Source: Methanomicrobia archaeon
GTDB taxonomy: Archaea; Halobacteriota; Bog-38; Methanoflorentales; Methanoflorentaceae
Assembly: GCA_015660915.1 (NCBI GenBank)
Contig: JACTTZ010000005.1
Coordinates: 29,035-93,034, forward strand
Direction of reading: 5' to 3'
DNA: 64,000 nt
Shown here: piece after piece, positions 60,525-64,000 of the stretch
How positions within the stretch are numbered: position 1 is the stretch's first letter
How the letters are laid out: every line of letters begins with the position of its first letter
Notes under the pieces: model-generated
Told to the model about the DNA's origin: nothing
The model's input: only the letters and a program-made list of their open reading frames with translations
The model's database searches: none
Program-made: the position numbers and the translations under genes

Positions 60525-62801
60525 TTGATTGCTATGGGACCACAACCGAATAAGCGCGCACGAGCAAAAATCCGTGTGAAGGGCGTTGTGCAAGGGGTCG
60601 GTTTTCGGCCCTTCGTGTACAAGCACGCCGTCGAGCTACAACTGGCCGGCTACGTCAAGAACCTCGGCGCGCACGTCGACATCGACGTTGAGGGATCGCA
60701 CGCCGCTATCGTTAAGTTCATCGCGTTTCTCAAACAAGGTCCACCCATATCGCGCATCGATGACGTGCAGGTTGAGTGGCATCGCCCGCGCGGATACTCC
60801 GAATTTACGATTGCGTCAAGTGGTGAGGGCGAGTTTGGCTTCACGTCGCCGGACATCGCCATCTGTGACGATTGTCTCCGCGACTTGAGAGAGAGCAGCC
60901 GGTACGAAGCGTACTGGGCCACCTCGTGCGTCAACTGCGGCCCACGATTCACGGTCACCGAGCGGCTCCCATACGACCGTGAGACGACTTCAATGGTGGA
61001 CTTTCCAATGTGCTCTGAGTGCGCGCAGGAGTACAGCAACCCACACGACCGACGGCACCACGCTCAAACCATCGCGTGTGAACGCTGCGGCCCGACGCTA
61101 ACGCTGCTCGATACTAATTTGAAGCGCATGGATGAGCCTATCCGCACAGCCGGACGATTATTGCTTGCGGGCGACATTTTGGGAGTAAAGGGGATTGGCG
61201 GCTTTCATCTCGCGTGCATCTTCGATTCCGCCGTCGAACTCAAGCGACGTCTTGGCAGACAGACCCAACCCCTTGCAATTATGGCGCCAAATGAAGCGTG
61301 GGTGGAAGACAATCTCCACGTGAACAACGCAGAGCGAGCCCTTCTCACCTCAAACAAACGGCCCATAATGGTGCTCGACAAGCGCAGTGAAGGCACGTTC
61401 GCTGAAGTCTCGAATCTCCATAATATGGGCGTAATGCTTCCTTACAGCGGCCTGCACCACCTGCTCTTTGACATCGTAGATCAACCGCTTATTATGACGA
61501 GCGCGAATACGCCAGGCGAGCCGATGATTATCGCCATCGATGACGCGCTCGCCAACTTGCGTCAAAAAGCAGATTTCTTCCTGCTGCACGATCGGCGCAT
61601 CGTCAACCGCTGTGACGACTCGGTATTGCGAGTGCTCGACCAACCAGCGTTTATCAGGATGTCGCGCGGCTATGCTCCCACCTCTTTTGCAGTGCCCGTG
61701 CAGTACGACAAGAACGTTCTCGCGTTGGGGGCTGAGATGAACGCGACGGTGACGACCTACAAAGACGGACGATGCTACGTCAGCCAACACGTGGGCAACA
61801 TCGACAAGCCGAAGACCTTCGATTACCTCGAAGCCTCGGTCCACAACCTCGTTTCCATGAGCGGTGTCGATGTAAGTGTGATAGCGCACGACTATCATCC
61901 GACGTTACGTTCAACGCGTCTCGCTGCCGAGCTCGGAGAGACATACGCCGTTCAGCACCACCAAGCGCACATTGCTTCGCTCATTGGTGAGGGAGCACCC
62001 AGAGATCTCATAGGCATCGCCATTGATGGCATCGGCTATGGATACGACGATACGATCTGGGGTGGGGAGGTATTTTCGCCGACGCTTGAACGGATTGGCA
62101 GTCTCATGCCCGTCCCGATGCCGGGCGGTGATTTGGCCACACGATATCCTGTGCGTATGGTCGCCGGCATCCTTCACGGCATCTACGAAGATGGCAAGCT
62201 CGCAGCGACGCTCACCTCGTTAGGCCTCAGTGAGCTCGAATCGTCGATTCTCCTCGAGCAAATTGAACGAAGAGTGAACGTGCCGATAACCTCTAGCACG
62301 GGGCGAGTGCTCGACGCAGTTTCCTCAGTATTAGGCGTGTGCCAAAAAAGGACGTATGATGGCGAGCCTGCCATGAGATTAGAGGGCGTTGCACATTACG
62401 GACATCCGGACGTCGCGTTGCCCCTCGAAATAGGGACTTACCGTGGACGACCGGTCCTCGACACGCGACCGCTGCTCGCTGGCGTGCTCCACGCGAAAGA
62501 GCGGCACAAAAGCACTAAGAGCATTGCCGCCTCCGCCCAAGCTACGCTTGCGCGAGGCATCGCGACGATCGCCGTGGAAGCAGCAGAAGCGGCGGGAACG
62601 AAGAACGTAGGATTGTCGGGAGGCGTCGCTTACAATAAAGCGATCGTTAAGACCGTGGCCGAGGTGTGCGACGCGCACGGCTTCACCCTCTTTACCAACA
62701 CAAAGGTGCCTCGGGGAGACGGGGGGGTTTCTTTTGGCCAAGCGGTGCTCACTGCAATGGTCAAAAGCGGCAACTACAGTTTCAAGCTTTTCGATACGTG
62801 A
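60525..62801 (+). CDS. hypF: hydrogenase maturation carbamoyltransferase
   Basis: GVVQGVGFRPF, CVNCGPRF, HAQTIAC, QHHQAH, DGGVSFGQ. Confidence 0.96.
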   Translation: MIAMGPQPNKRARAKIRVKGVVQGVGFRPFVYKHAVELQLAGYVKNLGAHVDIDVEGSHAAIVKFIAFLKQGPPISRIDDVQVEWHRPRGYSEFTIASSGEGEFGFTSPDIAICDDCLRDLRESSRYEAYWATSCVNCGPRFTVTERLPYDRETTSMVDFPMCSECAQEYSNPHDRRHHAQTIACERCGPTLTLLDTNLKRMDEPIRTAGRLLLAGDILGVKGIGGFHLACIFDSAVELKRRLGRQTQPLAIMAPNEAWVEDNLHVNNAERALLTSNKRPIMVLDKRSEGTFAEVSNLHNMGVMLPYSGLHHLLFDIVDQPLIMTSANTPGEPMIIAIDDALANLRQKADFFLLHDRRIVNRCDDSVLRVLDQPAFIRMSRGYAPTSFAVPVQYDKNVLALGAEMNATVTTYKDGRCYVSQHVGNIDKPKTFDYLEASVHNLVSMSGVDVSVIAHDYHPTLRSTRLAAELGETYAVQHHQAHIASLIGEGAPRDLIGIAIDGIGYGYDDTIWGGEVFSPTLERIGSLMPVPMPGGDLATRYPVRMVAGILHGIYEDGKLAATLTSLGLSELESSILLEQIERRVNVPITSSTGRVLDAVSSVLGVCQKRTYDGEPAMRLEGVAHYGHPDVALPLEIGTYRGRPVLDTRPLLAGVLHAKERHKSTKSIAASAQATLARGIATIAVEAAEAAGTKNVGLSGGVAYNKAIVKTVAEVCDAHGFTLFTNTKVPRGDGGVSFGQAVLTAMVKSGNYSFKLFDT

Positions 62802-62860
62802 ATTTGCCACAAGACTGTGCCGTGGCTTCACCCGTCGCTCATTCCCCAGCGGTACGGCTT

Positions 62861-63313
62861 CTACGCTTTTCGCACAATAACTTTGCCTTTGGTCGAGATA
62901 AATCCGATGCTCGCCTTACCGCTTATCTCTACGTTTCCTTCTGCGACGATGCGGTCGATCACCGCGTCAGGCTTGATTGCAACGCTTCCGCCGCTATCTA
63001 CTTCCCGAAGGCGAGCCCCTTCCAAAAGGGTCGTATCATCGATCGTCGTTAATATGCCACCGATCTCAGCGTCGTTGCCTATGAAGGCACTTTCAGCCCG
63101 GACGTTCCCGCGCACGGTCGAGCTGTTACCCAGACTGAGCGCTCCATCCACGATAAGATCCCCCAAAAAACCGACATGCGTGCCGGTGATAAGGTTGCCA
63201 CTGACGTGCACGTTCTTTTCAAAAAAGGTGTCGTTCTTTATGATGTACGTGTTGCTTTTCACGTGCTTTCGAATCGCGTGTCCCGCATCGTCCGCTTTCA
63301 TAATCCCTAACAA
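62861..63313 (-). CDS. polymer-forming cytoskeletal (bactofilin-like) beta-helix protein
   Basis: Repeated VxGxLx/IxGxL short beta-strand units. Confidence 0.65.
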   Translation of the reverse strand: MLGIMKADDAGHAIRKHVKSNTYIIKNDTFFEKNVHVSGNLITGTHVGFLGDLIVDGALSLGNSSTVRGNVRAESAFIGNDAEIGGILTTIDDTTLLEGARLREVDSGGSVAIKPDAVIDRIVAEGNVEISGKASIGFISTKGKVIVRKA

Positions 63314-63392
63314 TCGTCCTAAGGGCGCCCGTCTGACAGAAGCAACGTAAGTTCAGCTGAAGAGCTATTTATCTTTTGGTTCCTTTTTTCGC

Positions 63393-64000
63393 TCAGATTC
63401 CTCCAATGATATAGGCTACCAAAACGACGAGCATCCCATACTTTATGACACTTGATGCCGTTGAAGGCGCGCTCCGCGACATCGCGACACCGTACAGCAG
63501 GACCACGTCAGCAACAAAGACGATTGCGAGGTACGCGTAACCTAACGCAGAGATGATGAAAGGAAGCGGGCTGATAGCGACTGCAGTGAGCATAAAAAAA
63601 GCAGCCGCTGTGAGCGAAGCGGTGCGCCCGTATCGAATGGGCAACGTCGATGCCCCCGCTCGCTTATCTCCCGTAAGGTCTTCGATATCTTTGACGATCT
63701 CGCGCGAGGTGATTGCTAACGTCGCGCTTAAAAAGAGCACCCCCGGAATGAAAATGGTTGATACAGCTGCCCCGCCAAAGAGGAAGACTGACCCCGTCAG
63801 GTATCCGACTAATAGGTTGCCGATGAGGGCGGAGCGCTTCAGCTTCCATGAATAAAGTACTAAAAGCGCTGCGTTCAACGTGGCAATCCCGAAACACACG
63901 GGGTTTATAAACACTGAGACTGCAACGCCGAGCAGCAAAAGCGTGAGCGCGTAGAAGAGAGCAGTCTGCCGCGTGATCCGTCCGCTTGGAAGGGCTCGAC
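63393..64000 (-). CDS. digeranylgeranylglyceryl phosphate synthase (UbiA family), 5' end outside window
   Basis: RALPSGRI, LYSWKLK, GNLLVGYL, REIVKDIEDLTGD. Confidence 0.88.
   Translation of the reverse strand, partial: RALPSGRITRQTALFYALTLLLLGVAVSVFINPVCFGIATLNAALLVLYSWKLKRSALIGNLLVGYLTGSVFLFGGAAVSTIFIPGVLFLSATLAITSREIVKDIEDLTGDKRAGASTLPIRYGRTASLTAAAFFMLTAVAISPLPFIISALGYAYLAIVFVADVVLLYGVAMSRSAPSTASSVIKYGMLVVLVAYIIGGI

Noticed and set aside
1-64000. Numerous 60-200-aa ORFs overlapping identified genes
   Set aside because: Antisense or alternative-frame shadows of well-supported CDSs

Overview
64 kb of an archaeal chromosome, most likely a methanogen of the Halobacteriota (Methanomicrobia/Methanocellia-like). 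This assignment is inferred from gene content: methanogenesis marker 2, MvhG/MvhA, mfnA, a DGGGP synthase and PEF-CTERM proteins. Most of the window is housekeeping: mvhGA, rfcL, truA, carAB, argG, thermosome, cbiA/cfbB, PINA, serA, ppsA-mfnA-dph2, purF-rpl37e-Sm, sepF-ZPR1, pelota, argC-CBS-argJ, a DEAD-box helicase and hypF. An accessory stretch (~12.2-31 kb) holds the unusual features. (1) A decayed Doc/Fic toxin-antitoxin pair. (2) An orphan nifB-like gene in AT-richer sequence. (3) Two tandem, promoter- and terminator-bounded structured RNA candidates (21.9-22.3 kb) that share a GGAGCGGT/ACCGCTCC stem core, plus a third structured candidate at 30.25-30.38 kb. (4) A ~1.9 kb relic integrative element in tRNA-Val(GAC), whose two att copies differ by one indel and four substitutions that are all synonymous in an overlapping reading frame. 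Also notable are a 150-nt-period duplication inserted in the RFC large subunit, motif deviations in MvhA, and an ABC exporter/thioredoxin-PEF-CTERM/PKD surface cluster. No CRISPR array, rRNA or intact transposase was seen. All family assignments come from motif recognition by eye, not database searches.
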